A stretch of DNA of 64,000 bases from Trichonephila clavata (lineage: Eukaryota): assembly GCA_019973975.1 (NCBI GenBank), contig BMAO01019611.1, positions 12,564-76,563 of the forward strand, in the 5' to 3' direction. Under the pieces are notes generated by a model. It was not told the DNA's origin and did not search any database. It saw only the letters and a list, made by a program, of their open reading frames with translations. Made by a program: the position numbers and the translations under genes. Below are positions 1-14,207 of the stretch, one piece after another (within the stretch, counting starts at the first letter, position 1; each line of letters starts with the position of its first letter).

Positions 1-2062
1 TCTGTAAACATTTACCCAGGGGACGGGTTGACCGAAAATGGTGACAGGGGTTAGGCCCACTGGTAATTGGTTTCGCCTCGTGAACATAAGGCAGGCACTT
101 GTGGAGGCGTTAACTTTAATTTTCCAGTCCGTGAGCCAGAGCTCAAGCAAAGAGACATAATGTTGAAGATTAGAGATTACCACGGAGAATCTCTTATATT
201 GTTGTAGATCTCTAAATTTCATCAATTTGCAAACTAATTCTTGAAATCATGCGGACTTAATCGGTTCGCACTACCGCAAAATGAGGCATATAATAAGCAG
301 GGGCGTAGCTATCTCCGTATCAATGATGCTGGTCCCCCTACCTACAGGGGCTCAGGACGTGTGTAAGCAAAAAATCGTAAAATGTTATCAATAATTTCCT
401 TTTATATATATAAAAAAATCGTCTGTCACTGGCTTCAAACAATTAAAATTTCCAAAGGGAACTCTACACCTTGGTGCCTTCAATTAGAACCTTTAAAAGC
501 TGGTATTATTTTACTCAAAATAATGAGAAGACAAGGAGTGGTATAGACTCGGAAAGGTCTCTAAAAAATTCCTATTGAGAAAGCGGCTCATCAGAAAGAT
601 CTCATTTGAAGTAAAATGCAGATAACATTTATAGAATAAGAAAAATTTATTCGAAATATTATTTGCTTGTAAATTACAACATCCCTCGGTCTGCAGATTG
701 ACTGACTGAAGATAAACGTCGCACTTAGAAATTACAAGAAGGCTTGAGCCTTAGTTGGAGCTTTGTCCAGCAGTGGTCCAATGAAAGAGAATAATTGATT
801 TCTTTTATCTAGATTACTTTTTATTTTTGTAACAGCCAAAAGACCGGATGTGCATTGATGGTCAGCAAGGGTTCGAAAGCTGCTTCCTCTTCTGAGAAAA
901 TATAGGAACATCAGCACCAGAAGTCCTCTGTCACCTCCCAGTCTGTAGTTACTTACCCCATATAACATCACCCCCCTGTAGTGAACAATTCTTTGCCCAA
1001 AATACGACGCTTTCCATTAATAGTCTTTCTAACAGCTCACGATAAGAGGTTTCAAAGTTCGTTTCTTTTCTTTTGTTGCAGGTTCTATTCGAGCCCTTTT
1101 ACTAATCCTCTAGGGGAAAGATACTTTTTTGTAACAGTTGTTTGAGTTTAAAAGCGCCTTATGTAGACAGAACTTGATTTTTTGCTAATTTGAGTGCTAT
1201 TTAAGCTCTCTCTGAAAGTTAAGATTTAGTTATTAGACAGTTATTAAAGTCAGATTAGCGAAGTGACTTTTGGAAGCTTTGGTGTTCTTAAAAAAAAGAA
1301 GCCTTAGACCGGAATATTCAGTTGACCCCGGCGAGTGCTGCTACATCAGATCACTCAGTTACATGCATAATTATTTGTCTTGGGAATTTAGGGTAGTCAT
1401 TTAATTTGATTGCTCCCTCGGTTATATCATTGCTTGATAGTAAATTGCTAGAACCAAATTAATTTAGTTATTTTTATAGCTATGTCTGTTCATTCGATGT
1501 CCCAAACTTCACCAGCGACCTCAGGGTCGCGACACTCTCTGTTAATTTCATTTATTACGTTGATTCTTTGCGCGGCGAGCTGTTGAAAATATGAGCGAAG
1601 ATATATCACATAACAAAGTGGCGCTTTTAAACGTTAAGTTAAGAAAAATAAAGAAAAACATTGCAAAAAATTTACCAATAATTTTATCTTTTTTCAACAG
1701 CGAGTCAGAGTCATTTGGATTGTAGCGGTAAGAACTTTTTTATTATTATTTCCTTATACTATATATAATAGATTTCATAACCCATACGACTTTATTTTTG
1801 CACGTTTGATACGTTGCACAAAACACCGTGTAATAACAAGCGAAATAGATACTATTTGGTATAGTAAAAAGGAGTTACATTCCACATTCTTTTAAGCCAT
1901 GTAATATGAAATTAAGAATTTATTTTTAAAATTGCATATATTTATCATGAATCTTTTATTCATATGTGTTTTAGTGAATAATTAAAATAAAATTTGGAAC
2001 GCATACATATTGCCTCACACACACAATATAGGCATTAATATTATTATTAATACTTCATTATA

Positions 2063-2145
2063 GCCGGCTGGATGGCGTGGTTGGTTTGTCTCTGGCCTTC
2101 TACGCTCAAGGTTGCGGGTTCGACCCCGGCCCAAGTCGGTGGATT
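2063..2145 (+). repeat. tRNA-like sequence (GGTTCGACCCC T-arm motif), probably a SINE head or tRNA pseudogene
   Basis: It has a GTTGCGGGTTCGACCCCGGC T-arm-like motif, but the acceptor stems do not pair. Confidence 0.3.
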
Positions 2146-2448
2146 TTCTTGATGCAGAAAATGGACAGCGGCCATGTCGTATGATTATACGACATGTGAA
2201 AGATCCTTAGAGTGTCTGTTTGGCTTGGATGCTCTCGGCAAAATTAAATTTTAGTGCAAAGTTCGTATCGTCAAGAGCTCAGGTGCCTCCCTCTGTGGAG
2301 AAAACTGAGAATTGCTTGCTGTATTTGGTATCGCCTATATGGTGCAGCGCTAAAAAGTGGTACCAGCTCCTGGGGAATGTACTAGGTCTGCAAAGGTGTA
2401 AAATACCAATGCGCAGCCCCATTGAAAAAATATTTCATTATTCACCAT

Positions 2449-2570
2449 CAGGGGTGGTTTACGCTCATTTCGGGCCCTAGGCTCAGAAGATCTAAAGGCC
2501 CCCTTGCCACTGACGGATCCAAGGAAAGTCTGATTAAGTCAAGCTTAACCGGGTGCGCCAAGGATAAACC
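2449..2570 (+). repeat. SINE family 2 partial copy
   Basis: It shares GCTCATTTCGGGC...CTGATTAAGTC(C/A)AGCTTA with the reverse complement of 52130-52325. Confidence 0.5.
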
Positions 2571-3509
2571 TCTGCACTGTTCACCACTACTTACATATAT
2601 CCCCTTTATTAATACTAAGATTAAGTAAAAATAGCTATTTTCAATATTAAGACTAATAAAGGTTCTCCACATGTAATAAATAACGTTTTGAGAAGCAGAG
2701 CTACCTCCAGAAATATATTGTGTTTTTAACTTATTTTTGATCAGAGAAACAAACTTTTTTTAAATTTATATAATTGCTTTGGTTTATAACTTTTTCCAGT
2801 TTTCTGGATGTTCTAACAGTATGCCAGCTATTTTTTATCCTTCCGCTCTCAACTGCATGAGCTGTAAAAAGTTTATATCAGCTAAAAATTATTTAAAAAT
2901 TATATTAGATCATCACTGGAAAAGATCAATGATCGAACTTTGCAACACTGTCCATAGAAACAAGTAAATTTGAAAGAGTGAAATCTTCTTCTGCTATGGA
3001 TATAATAAAAAAGCGTTTGCCGAATAAAAAAAGTGAGAAAAGTACCTTGGCTAGTTCTTAAGTGATAACATTTTTAAATACGAATGTCTGCGTATGCTTA
3101 TAGTGACACTCAAATAAGTTTTATTTATGCGATTACCCATACACATATTTATTTTCCAAAAAAGGGTCTTCAAGGAAATTTGATAAAGAGCCCACTCAAA
3201 ACTAACTCACAATACATGGTTGTTGCTAATGCCACCTGTCCGATATAGTCAGATCGAGGCCCACAAAATTCATCATGGCAAAGGGCTTAATTGTACACGT
3301 ATCGTTAGCCGTAGCTTTGAGCACTATACGGGTGACAGTACGTTTTGGCTCGGTTCCACCCCAATTTTGAGGGAGAACACCCTGATGGTGGTCAAGTGTC
3401 CCCCACCCCTCTTCACCTTCCACCAACTTCACGAGAGGACTTGAGCTCGACTGCTATTTAGAGTACCCCCCTGCCGCACACAAAGGCTCTATATATTTAC
3501 AAAATCCAT

Positions 3510-3590
3510 GCCTTCTCCGGGATTTGAACCCAGACCCTACGGCACAGTAGTCAACGTCACTAATCACTATACCGGATAGGCGACACAATA
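3510..3590 (-). repeat. tRNA-like sequence on the minus strand (GGGTCTGGGTTCAAATCCCGG T-arm), probably a SINE head or tRNA pseudogene
   Basis: The T-arm is well formed, but the acceptor 5' and 3' strands pair at only 5 of 7 positions. Confidence 0.3.
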
Positions 3591-4860
3591 CATGGTAGGT
3601 CAGGGATATGATGGAGCTGTCTCTATGAGTGGAAAATTACAGGGAGTTCAACCAGGGACGACTTGAGGCCCTGGGCCCTTACACAAATGTAGGCCCCACC
3701 CATGCCTTTGTCCTGAGCTCAGCAACACGTAAGACAGAAATGTAATTTTTTCTTGTTTTTGCCTCCACTGACTATTTTTAAAACAAGATATCAATCATTG
3801 GCATGGCCAAGTAATTTTAGCGCGTTTTTCACATGTTGTATTTTACAATAATGCAACTAATGAACTTTTTACTAACAGAAAGTAGTGTGTACTGTACCAC
3901 TCCTCTAAATGTACTACTATTGAGCTGAAAATAAATAATGACACAAATCTGTATGAGCACTATAAAAAAGCAAAAACTAGCGAAATTCAAGAAAATTTGT
4001 AGGAAAAATCGGGAAAACTATGGGAAAATTTAAATATGATTCGGCTCATCTAGGGCACAAATGCGACCCAATGCCGAAAACCCGAGGTCAATTGGTTGCT
4101 TATTGGCTGAGAAAAAGGTACGACAAAATATGGAACGAAGACGAAATTTGCGTCCTAATAGGCGCTTTTGTTCCACTACGTGAAAAACGCGCTAAAAATG
4201 CCAAATGGTGTTTACCTAACAAAGTTTTGCAGCTGGTTAATTTACTCAAAAACGCAAGACTCATGATTTTGTTTTTATTGTGTACTGTTTTCCAAAAGAA
4301 TGGGAAATGAACAATCTAAACGATTTACAAAAGGCTATAATAAGTGGAGAAAGCTATCAACTGTAATCCAAGATAACGGGCATTCTATTTGTCATTTAAA
4401 TTCATTTATAGCATAGAAAGAATTACTAAAACGACTAAATTTAAGTTCGACTATTGATGAAACAAATCAAATTACTATAAAAAGAAAGTGGAATGACTCA
4501 AACTGTTATTTCAAAGAATTGTAGATGTGTGAGACTACTTTTAGCGTTTAATATTCTTCCACTTCGAGGAAATAACCATGAAATGAAAAGAACGCCTAAT
4601 AATGCAAATTTTTAAAGTTTAATAGAACTATTAATTAAATAATACCCTGTGCTAATGGTTAGTATAAATAAAATTTAAAAAAACTTGGAAAAAAAAAAGA
4701 GTTGTGTACATTATTTAGCACATAGATCACAAGAAGAAGTTATTTCTGCATTAAGGAATGATGTCCTTAACATGATTCAGCCAATTTACAAGGCGGGTCT
4801 TCAACGCAACTGGGTTCAAACTCATGATACGGACAACGGTAGCAACATGAAAGGGAAATA

Positions 4861-6264
4861 CACTGCTGGCCACCGTAAATGCAACACCTTGAAGGAAGCA
4901 CGCAAATAACAAGAAATTTACAACATGCATTAGCGGGGGTGAGATATGCAAATGATAAGAATTTCAGCGCAGACACACATCACGCACGCCTGTGGCGCCA
5001 CCTCAAAGCGCTATTTAAGGCTTGGAGATTTCGACGATTTCAAGTTCGGCAATTGTGTTTTTCTTGCGGTTTTTTCAAAAAACGACCAGTTATGTCTCGT
5101 AGAAATGAGCGATCAGCTTTTGATCAAGTATCCGAGTTCGACAGAGGAAGGATAGTGGGCTACCGAGATTGTGGATTATCTTTCAGGGAAATCGGTAGTC
5201 GTGTTGGACGAAACCAAACAACTGTAATGCGGATATGGGACCTTTGGATGCAGGAGGGTACGACGGACCGACGTGGTCAATCGCATCCACCTCAGTGCAG
5301 CACTTCACGTGAGGACAGGAAAATTATGCGCGTGGCAGTGACGGGTCGCTCAGTCACATCACCAACCATATCACAGCACATTGAGTCTGTAACGCATTAT
5401 TCAGTGTCTGCGCGTACCATTCGACGCCGTTTACAGCAAAGTGGTCTGTCCGCAAGACGTCCATTGCTTGGTCTACCCTTGACGCAGAACCACAGACGTC
5501 TCCGCCGCCATTGGTGCGATGAAAGAAGGATGTGGGCAGCAGAATGGAATGAAGTTGTCTTTACTGACGAGTCACGCATCTGTCTGCAACACCACGATGG
5601 TCGGATTCGAGTTTGGAGACACCGTGGAGAGAGGATGCTGAACAGCTGCGTTATGCACCGCCACACTGGTCCTGCACCGGGTATTATGGTATGGGGCGGT
5701 ATTGGATATCACTCTCGCACTCCTCTAGTATGCATTGCCGATACTTTAAACAGCCAGCGCTACATCTCCCAGGTGTTGGAGCCAGTTGTCCCTTACCTTC
5801 AGGGCTTGGCCACAGCCATATTTCAACAGGATAATGCGCGACCACACGTGGCACGCATTGTCCAAAAATTCTTCGTCAATCACCTGATTGAATTGCTTTC
5901 CTGGCCGGCTCGCTCTCTGGGTCTTTCGCTGATAGAAAACATGTGATCCATGGTTGCTCAACGATTGACCCCGATTACACCCCCAGATACCACACCAGAT
6001 CAGCTTTGGCAACGTGTGGAAGCTGCTTGGTCTGCTGTACCCCAAGAACACATCCAAAGCCTCTTTGAATCATTGCCGAGGCGTGTGGCAGCGGTGATCT
6101 CCAACAATGGCGGCTACTCTGGCTACTGATTCTGGCAGGAACCACACTTCACAGAAGTCTATAAATTTAATCATGTGATACTTGGTCAACATGTTATCTA
6201 CAAATAAATTTAGTTGTGCTATCTCTTGTCTTTCTTGGTGTTGCATTTACGGCGGCCAGCAGTG
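4861..6264 (+). mobile_element. Tc1-like DNA transposon, full length with 30-bp terminal inverted repeats and a TA target-site duplication
   Basis: The left end CACTGCTGGCCACCGTAAATGCAACACC (4861-4888) is the reverse complement of the right end GGTGTTGCATTTACGGCGGCCAGCAGTG (to 6264). TA flanks both ends (4859-60 and 6265-66). The internal ORF encodes a Tc1 transposase. Confidence 0.85.
5092..6129 (+). pseudogene. Tc1-family transposase with HTH and DDE domains, interrupted by a single in-frame TGA at 5944-5946 (TGG to TGA in the ENMW motif)
   Basis: The translation contains DRGRIVGYRDCGLSFREIG, FTDESR, WGGIGYHSRTPLV and QQDNARPHVARIV, and continues in the same frame after the stop as SMVAQRLTP...LWQRVEAAW...NNGGYSGY*. 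Confidence 0.8.
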
Positions 6265-9200
6265 TATAAAAGTGTACGATCTAAAATAATTGTTCTAAAT
6301 TCTCATGTAATTAATGTGCCTCTCCTATCGCACTCTTTTAATTTAATTAATTTGTGAAACTGCTTCTAACAGTATATATATTTTTAAAAAAACACCATTA
6401 GGGTTATTGCAAGGATTATATTGTTTATTTTCTGCATCTACAAAAAGATGGGAAATTCTACAAAAGCATTTAATACTGGTTGATACCAATTTTTTTTACT
6501 ATTGTTTTGATGAAAAAGCAAGTTTTTACATTTTCAGTATTTTAACAATTACCTTTCCAATATATGTTGGTTGCAATAAGTGCACCATTAAATTATGTGT
6601 AACCTCTTTTCTCAAATCTCATTTTCAAGCTACTGAAATAATTGTGTTGTCATCATTGTTGCAAAAAGCACGTTTTAAATAATTTCTATTCACCTCAACA
6701 AACAAGTTCTGCATTATTTAAAAGCCAAAAGCAGAGGTTTTCAACATTTCGTATCAGTCTTGTCAGATTAAACCCTAAATATCTCCACAGTTAATAGTGT
6801 CCAGTCTTTTCTTCTTTCTTTTTTTTGTTTTGTAGTTTGGCAAACGTGCAGAAACTCCTCAGCTGGAAAAGCAAGTACAAACTTTCTCAAGGTATTCCAT
6901 TATATGGGATAAATAACAGGAGAATATATACTGACCAAAATTGCTGGCATCCGCTTCTGAATTTTACTTTAAGACTTTCGTTAGTGCCTAATTCTTATAA
7001 TTTGACATTTTTGTTCAATGTGACCATATGAATTGATTGCCTACTGTGATATTACCATAGTCAAAGCATTATCAAACCTAATTTCAAATTTAAAAAAATG
7101 GACGTTTAAATGTTGAATGTAGGTTAAAACATCTTTATCCTGGCAGAATTTCTGTAACAATTAAGAAGCTGGGAAAATTCGCGACATCTAATATTATACT
7201 CCTTTAGCTTAATTCTTAGAAGAAATGCTAAAATGAGGTCCTTATTTTAACAAAATTTATGCTATAGCCTTGCAACTGCAAATTAACCTCATTAAATTTA
7301 GTAAATAAATCTGTTAAATAGGCAAGTCTGGTTTCAATTTGATTGAATTTCCTTTTAAAGTCAAGATCTGGTTTAATGAGGGACACAATCGTAGCCCCCC
7401 CCCCCAGTTACACCTCATGGACCCCCAAATTATTTTTCTGCTAACGTGGACCCCTTGGAGGTCGTCAGAGACCACTGGGGGTCTATATAGACCACTTTGG
7501 GAAAGCGTAATCACAAAATTTCAAAGGAGAAATTTCTTTTTCAAAACCCATCAAAAAAAATTTCGCCCAAGACTGCTAGAATGCCCAGGATTTTAATTTC
7601 AAGAAATTAAAATCACAATGATTTTATCAAATTTACAAGCTTCGCTCCAAAAGAAGGTAAACAAACTAACAGTTAAGATACAGTTGATTGTGTATAATCA
7701 AATGAAAAAATATACTGGCTTTACAACTGCTTCTCAGATTTAAAAAGCTAATATTAACACTATTATCTGTCAAAAGGGGCATGGCAAAGCAGCTGATTAT
7801 TTTTTAAAAATCATTTTGACATACTTCTAATTTATAAATTAGCCTGTATTTTATATCACTAGAAAGGTCATGAATTGGAGATTTTAGAAATTTTAAAATC
7901 GATAATCTGAAAATTTTTACCACACTGACTGCTTTTAAATGTTACTCTTAAACCATTATGCGACACTCGTTGGAAATCCAAAACAGATTCGGTATACACA
8001 ATTCGAACAAATTTGTTATACTCTAAAAGAATTTGTTTATTTAAGTAACAATAACACAGCGATATCTAAAGCTAAAAGTCTATTGGATTCAGTATAAGAA
8101 ATGGCATTTATTTTATGTTTAATAGTATGGATTGTAATATTGTCCAAAATGAATATTATAAATTAACTATTTCAAGAAAAGCAATTGTTCTTAACTCGGC
8201 TTTTAATTTAGTCAGTAAAATTAAAGCTGAGAAAAAAATTCAATATTTAAGAGCAAAATTTAACATATTTTTGGAATTTAGATGTTACAAATTCCACCAC
8301 CAGTTCTATCAGTGGTTGTTCAACTAATCCTCTTGGGGAAACTTTTCTTTAAGTGAGATTTTACTTAAAAAACCACTTGCTGTAGAGATGACTTGATTTT
8401 ATGGAAATGTAAATACTATTAAAACCCTGATGTTGGCGCGTGTGTGGTTAATCTTGAAATCTAAGAAAAATAGAAAGTGAATTGCGACTAGGGAATCATG
8501 TGGCATAAAATTAATATTCACCTTTGAATCCACCAGGAGTTGGGAAAGGAAATAGCATTGGAGTTGTACAGAGCTATCGTGGTTCAAGGACTGTTACAAG
8601 GAGTTCTGACTTAAGTCATTTTGAATAATCTTATAAGTTAGATTAAGAATTAGGATTCAAGATTGGTCCCAAGGACAAGCAATAAAGCTATAAATCATTC
8701 ATAAAGTATTCAATATAAAATAAAAGTATCTATTTTTAAGATCATGTCTGCTTCTTCCCTGAACCCTTTTACACCTGCGACTAAAAATAGATTTCAGCCA
8801 GTAATAAATATTAATTAAAATTTTCAATAACTGCTGAAAGTTGAATACTAGGGAAAGATATTTCATGAATCTTGTAGGCTACTGTTGCATATGAATCAAT
8901 ATCCCCAGCAGAAATAGACAGGATTTGCAGGGTAGAAACTGGTAGGCATGTTTCCATAAAGAGGTCAAAATATTTAGTAAACCTTCCAAAAGTTTCATCT
9001 CATAAAGTAATTAAAAAGGTTTTCTACCTCCAACAGCTAAATCTTGCAACAAACGTTTCAGCTTAGCAGATCTAAAACAAATTCCTATGAATCTCTCAAT
9101 TAATACCTAGTACCAGTCCTGTTTAAGGATTGGACCTTTACATTTGACAACACTTTCAATTCCAAAACCGCAACCACACATAATGAAGCATAGCTTTATT

Positions 9201-12200
9201 ACTTTCATGGAACAGGCTCTTCATTTGAAAGACCCATGCCTCAGAATTGCTTTCCCAAAAAGATGGTTTGATATTCCAGCCAGTTGACACATCAGGCAAT
9301 ATAAATACTATACAAGCAAAAACAGATGAAAAGATGCATATACTAAAATGTTTTCTAATAGAAAGATTCAGAATTTGAAAGAAATATACTGAGAAAAAGA
9401 CTAGAATAATCAAGAAAGGTAGTGAAAAAAAAATAACCTACTCTCGGAGATCAAAAAGTCTAATGGTTTCAAATCAATGGCATGAAATTGAAGGTGTATC
9501 ACTGGTGAAAGTTCTTGGACGAAAGTTGTTAGTATTTTTTTTAAATCAGGGGTCACCAATTTAGTAAATGCATATTGTAAAAATCACAAACTTAATCTAA
9601 TTCCACAAATTTAATGAAATAACCTATAAATTTAACTGATATACAAAATTTATTACACAAAAAGAAAATTTAAATCTATAAAACAGATGAAAAGTACATG
9701 AAATAGCAGACAGCCACCATATCAAAAGAGTTGAAGTAAAGAATACAATCTTGAATTCCTTTTAGAGTTGTTAACAGTAGCTTTTCAGCTATTTGAAAGA
9801 CAAGGCCAACAGGTTATAACGATAAATGGTTTGATTGGCATATCGTACAGAAATTAAAAAAGCGTTATGATTAAAGGCGCAAAAGATATTTCAACATTAA
9901 ATAGGTTTATAACAGCAAAAAATTTTGTCTTCAAGGAGAGTGTTTCTATCACATTCCTGTAATTCAAAGCAGTGGGAAAATTAAGCATCTATCAGACATT
10001 TACAAATATAACAAGGTCCTGAAAATCTGAATTCCATCATATAAAATTTTAAAATTACTACTCCAACCACTTTTTCATAATTTATATTTATAAATGAGGG
10101 GGGAAATATCAAATATTTAAGCTACTCAAAATTTGTTTCCTTATTGAATGACTGCAATTTTAATAATAGTTGTATAATTTAAATTGAATTTAATACAAAT
10201 AATCTGAATCCAAATTAGTTAGGTGAAGTAATAAATATTTTTCCCTTGATTGAAAATTATTTTAACTTAAAAACAAAAATATGTAAACAAATAAATCAAA
10301 GCATTTTATTAAGTAGGTTATAATTTCCAGAACAATTTCTGAACATATTCATGTTACAAATAAATATGTGGATTTCAAAATCAACATGAAAATTTATTAA
10401 AAAAGGATAATCAAGTTATAAAAATAATTTTCTGAAAGAAAACAAAATAACCAGAAAAATATAATTTCACTTGAATTATATAGACATATATAAAATTTGT
10501 TTAACATTTAAACAGAATTTTTTTTAAAAATGTTTTCAACAAAATTGGAATAATGATGAAAGAATATTATGATTAAGGTTACAACTCATATATCAGATGA
10601 TTTATAAATAATTTTAAAAAATTCTATACTATTTAATAATTTCCTTTTTAGAAAAGACCTAAAAAAATAATATGGATGCAAAAGATCAAAATAGATAAGC
10701 CATTCAATATTTTAGTATATATAATATATCGACATATTAAAATAATTGTTTACATAATTTTAGATAAAATAATTGATAACCAAAATTAATGTAAATTGAT
10801 TATGAATGGAATCATAAATTAGCAATGATATAGCCTAAAAAAATCTTAATTTAGAACTGAACATAAATTTTGACAGAAAAGAAATTTCTTAATTCACAGC
10901 TTCAATTTATATGTTTGTAATTCATTGCAATATTTTCAGCAAATAAGATATGAGTAGCAGCATTAAACTTTGTTCATAAGCATTCACATTACTTTTATAC
11001 ACATTAACTTTATGCTTTTCTTATCACAATTCAATTCATACATCTTTAAAGCATTATTAGTTTATGAATTAAAAATAAGTTAGAAAATATTAAATTCCCA
11101 ATATGGCATAGTATTTATAGCTAAAAATAAACTGTGTACATGAGTAGCAACATTAAATTTAAAAAAAAAAATACTTTCCTTAACAAAACAAATATACAGA
11201 AAGACTTAAGTCATCAAAATTTTTCAATAAAATCACATAATAAAATTCAGTTTAACTTCCATTATTGCTAACAGATACAAGAACAACTGATTTATAATCT
11301 GTGCTACTGTGTTAAAGCTAAATGCAGAAATAGTAAAACATGAGGAACATTTCATATATGTATTCCATACAAATAAATAACTATTTATTTCATAATAAAA
11401 ACTTGCATTTTATAAATAAATATATTTTATTGCAGTATATATATCAATTAGCAGTATACTTAGTTGATTTACAAAAATAGAATTAGCAATATACGTCCTT
11501 TCTCCACTTACGTACTAAAAATACTGCACTGCTCACTGTGTGGAATGATTTTAAGCATTTATCACTTAACTTTTTCATGCATTTAGTTGAAAACATTTAC
11601 AAAGTAAGCAGTGGCTAAATATTGTAACTATGGCTATATATTACATTATTAATAATATAAAAAATTATAACTGGCAATTTTCTTTGTCCCAAAACTTATC
11701 TACCATAAACTTAAACTAAGATCTTTATCTTAGGATCTAAGATCTTAAACTTTATCCATAAGATACCAAAATGGGAAAAACTTTAAAATTCTTCATAATG
11801 ATAAAAACCTTATAATTTTGGTATTTCTCATTTATATCCTGAATATACTTTCACAAACATCCCCCAACCCAATTACAAGCTATCAAAAAAGTAAACACAT
11901 ATATCAAAATTAATTGAGAATCATTCATTTAAAACATTATATATTATAATTAGATTCTCTGTACATCATCCTTGGATTCTTCCTTTTTATAAATATATAA
12001 ATAAAGGCACATTAGCTCAAAAACATATTTTTATAATTTTTTGAAATTGTACAATTTATTCATTGTTTGAAAATATATACATAAAAATAACTGCCAGATA
12101 CAATTAATTTTAAAAAAGATACAATGTAACATAGTATAGAATTTTAAGCTAAAAATATAACATACAGCAAAGCTGTTTACAAATTATTTTCAATCTATAT

Positions 12201-13131
12201 AAAAAACAGATTTTCAATACATAAGTACAAAATGTCAGACATAAAAAGCACCAAGCATCACATATCATATTATTGTGATCTAAGGATAAATAGCCTTTGT
12301 TGCTTTATATACCACAAAACCCGTAACTGTAAGCATCACATACATTCAAAATACTGATTATCATTTTATCCCAAGAAAAAATGGGTGAACAATAAAGACT
12401 ACAATATACTAGCATAAACCTAACTATAAGTGTAACAGTAAATATTACATTCCAAATCAAACAGATTATACACTTAAATGCATTAAAAACACAGATAAAG
12501 ACTAGTTAAGCAGCTTTAATCTTAAGTATAAAATGAATTTTTCATTTAATATATAACATCAACAGCAATATCAAAATACAATCACAAATGTGAAAACTCC
12601 TCAATATATAGATTTATATGTACTGAGATATAGATAGTGTTTCAGTATAGTTGGTATTTCAGTATTTCTCTCTATATATATCTGCATTATGTATATATAT
12701 GATACTATATCAGTATCTCATTAAATACTCAACTTAAAATATCCACAAAGTTTTAATTATAATAATTACATATTTATGATACAGTAAATTTATACTAAAC
12801 ATTATAGAAGATAATACATTTTGTTAACTTTCAAAAATAAAAACAGGAAAAAGCTTTTAATTGTAAAAAAATCAACTACTCGTTTAATTTACACATAGTA
12901 ATAAAGTTTACAAAAAAAATTTATACATGGAATTTCTGAAAAAGTATAGGATTGCAAGTTGTTCGAACATGCTGTAATGCTCAACATTGATAAATAATCT
13001 TTAATAATTTTATGTATTTCTTAAAATTGTTACAAGGATCGAATAATTTCTTCTTTGTGCTCGGTTTTACATCAATTCAAATAAAACAGAACTTTTTATA
13101 AGTAATTAATTACATAATTAGGCCAGAAAAC

Positions 13132-13137
13132 TTTATT
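13132..13137 (-). terminator. Candidate MVP polyadenylation signal (AATAAA on the minus strand, about 155 nt downstream of the stop)
   Basis: The plus strand reads tttatt at this position. It is the first canonical hexamer in the 3' flank, but AT-rich DNA makes chance matches likely. Confidence 0.2.
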
Positions 13138-13291
13138 ATTTATATGACAGATACTCAAAAAATTTGTCTGCACTAATAAAAAAGTTCATTTACTAATTAA
13201 TTTTTAATCACAAAATCCAAAAGATAATTTGAATTTCCAGTTAATTAAATATGACTGGAAATTTAAGTTTTAGAATATGAATTATCACACC

Positions 13292-13444
13292 TTAGGAACT
13301 TATTGATGCTCCACTGTCAAGACGCTGCTTTTTTGCAGCTATAGCTCCTCCAAGGAAACCTTGTGCAGTATTAAAGAGATTGATAGGCGTATTACCATCT
13401 GTAATCAAAGCTGATTGAATTCCAAGACCTTGGAGAAGTTTAAC
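13292..13444 (-). CDS. MVP: MVP terminal coding exon ([50 protein letters not shown]), including the TAA stop at 13292-13294
   Basis: It matches the MVP C-terminus [32 protein letters not shown]. It has a ttttag acceptor and gives 50 codons plus the stop. Confidence 0.8.
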   Translation of the reverse strand, partial: VKLLQGLGIQSALITDGNTPINLFNTAQGFLGGAIAAKKQRLDSGASISS

Positions 13445-14166
13445 CTAAAAATGTAACAAAAATTAAATTTTGCAATAAAAACAAATTATATGTGCAAATA
13501 ATACTAAACATATAATTACATAAACCTTTAACTTAACAAACAATCCATCTTTTCACATACTTTTGTTCACATTAAGACTGTCTTTGCTTAATGTTAAAGA
13601 ATAGGAACCACATTTGGAATATTTTTTCAGATATAAAAGAACTGAAACAAAAATATTACATCCTGGCTTCACTACCCTGTAGAAAGCAGCACAGGAAATT
13701 GATTCATTTTTTCAGGTTATGAAATGTTTTGCATTTTTTCTTCAAAACTGTAATGCTAACTTTAAAAATCTCTTTATGTGTTAAAATGGAAAAATAAGTA
13801 TTTATAGAGTATTTTAAAGTTTTACATATAGTTCAGGCTCTTGTAGATTTGGCAAACACAGCCTTAACCTATCACTAGAACAATACATTAGATTATTTAA
13901 TGATGATTTTTGTAATTTTACATTTTGGTCAGATAAGTACAGCATCTTCACTCACTGAGTACCTCACTCACAAAGATTCATTATATTTTATGAAGATTTT
14001 AAGGTTCAGTTTGATATAACATGGACCAATTATTATTTTCTATGAAAAAATAATGAAAAAAGAACTCAAATCCCACAGTTACAAAGTTGATTTTATCACT
14101 ATTGCCTGATTGCAGTGCCAATGAAAAATCCCATTACTGTGTCAATAAAACCCCAATTCAAGTTAG

Positions 14167-14207
<41 letters not shown>

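Noticed and set aside
2063-2145. tRNA gene
   Set aside because: T-arm-like motifs are present, but the acceptor and D stems do not form. The same applies to 3510-3590 and to the tRNA-like heads of the SINEs at 33690-33785, 55340-55425 and 50110-50200. They are treated as SINE heads or pseudo-tRNAs.
2220-2672. Three overlapping ORFs of 68-86 aa
   Set aside because: They overlap a SINE family 2 copy on both strands and cannot all be coding. There is no domain similarity.
4020-4310. 96-aa ORF (MGKFKYDSAHLGHKCDPMPKTRGQLVAYWLRKRYDKIWNEDEICVLIGAF...)
   Set aside because: It might be a TE-derived fragment lying just upstream of the Tc1 element. I could not assign it to any family with confidence, and no partner exons were found.
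9156-9413. 85-aa ORF in the AT-rich region downstream of MVP
   Set aside because: It has low-complexity hydrophobic composition typical of random ORFs in about 25% GC DNA. I recognised no similarity and found no flanking splice or promoter signals.
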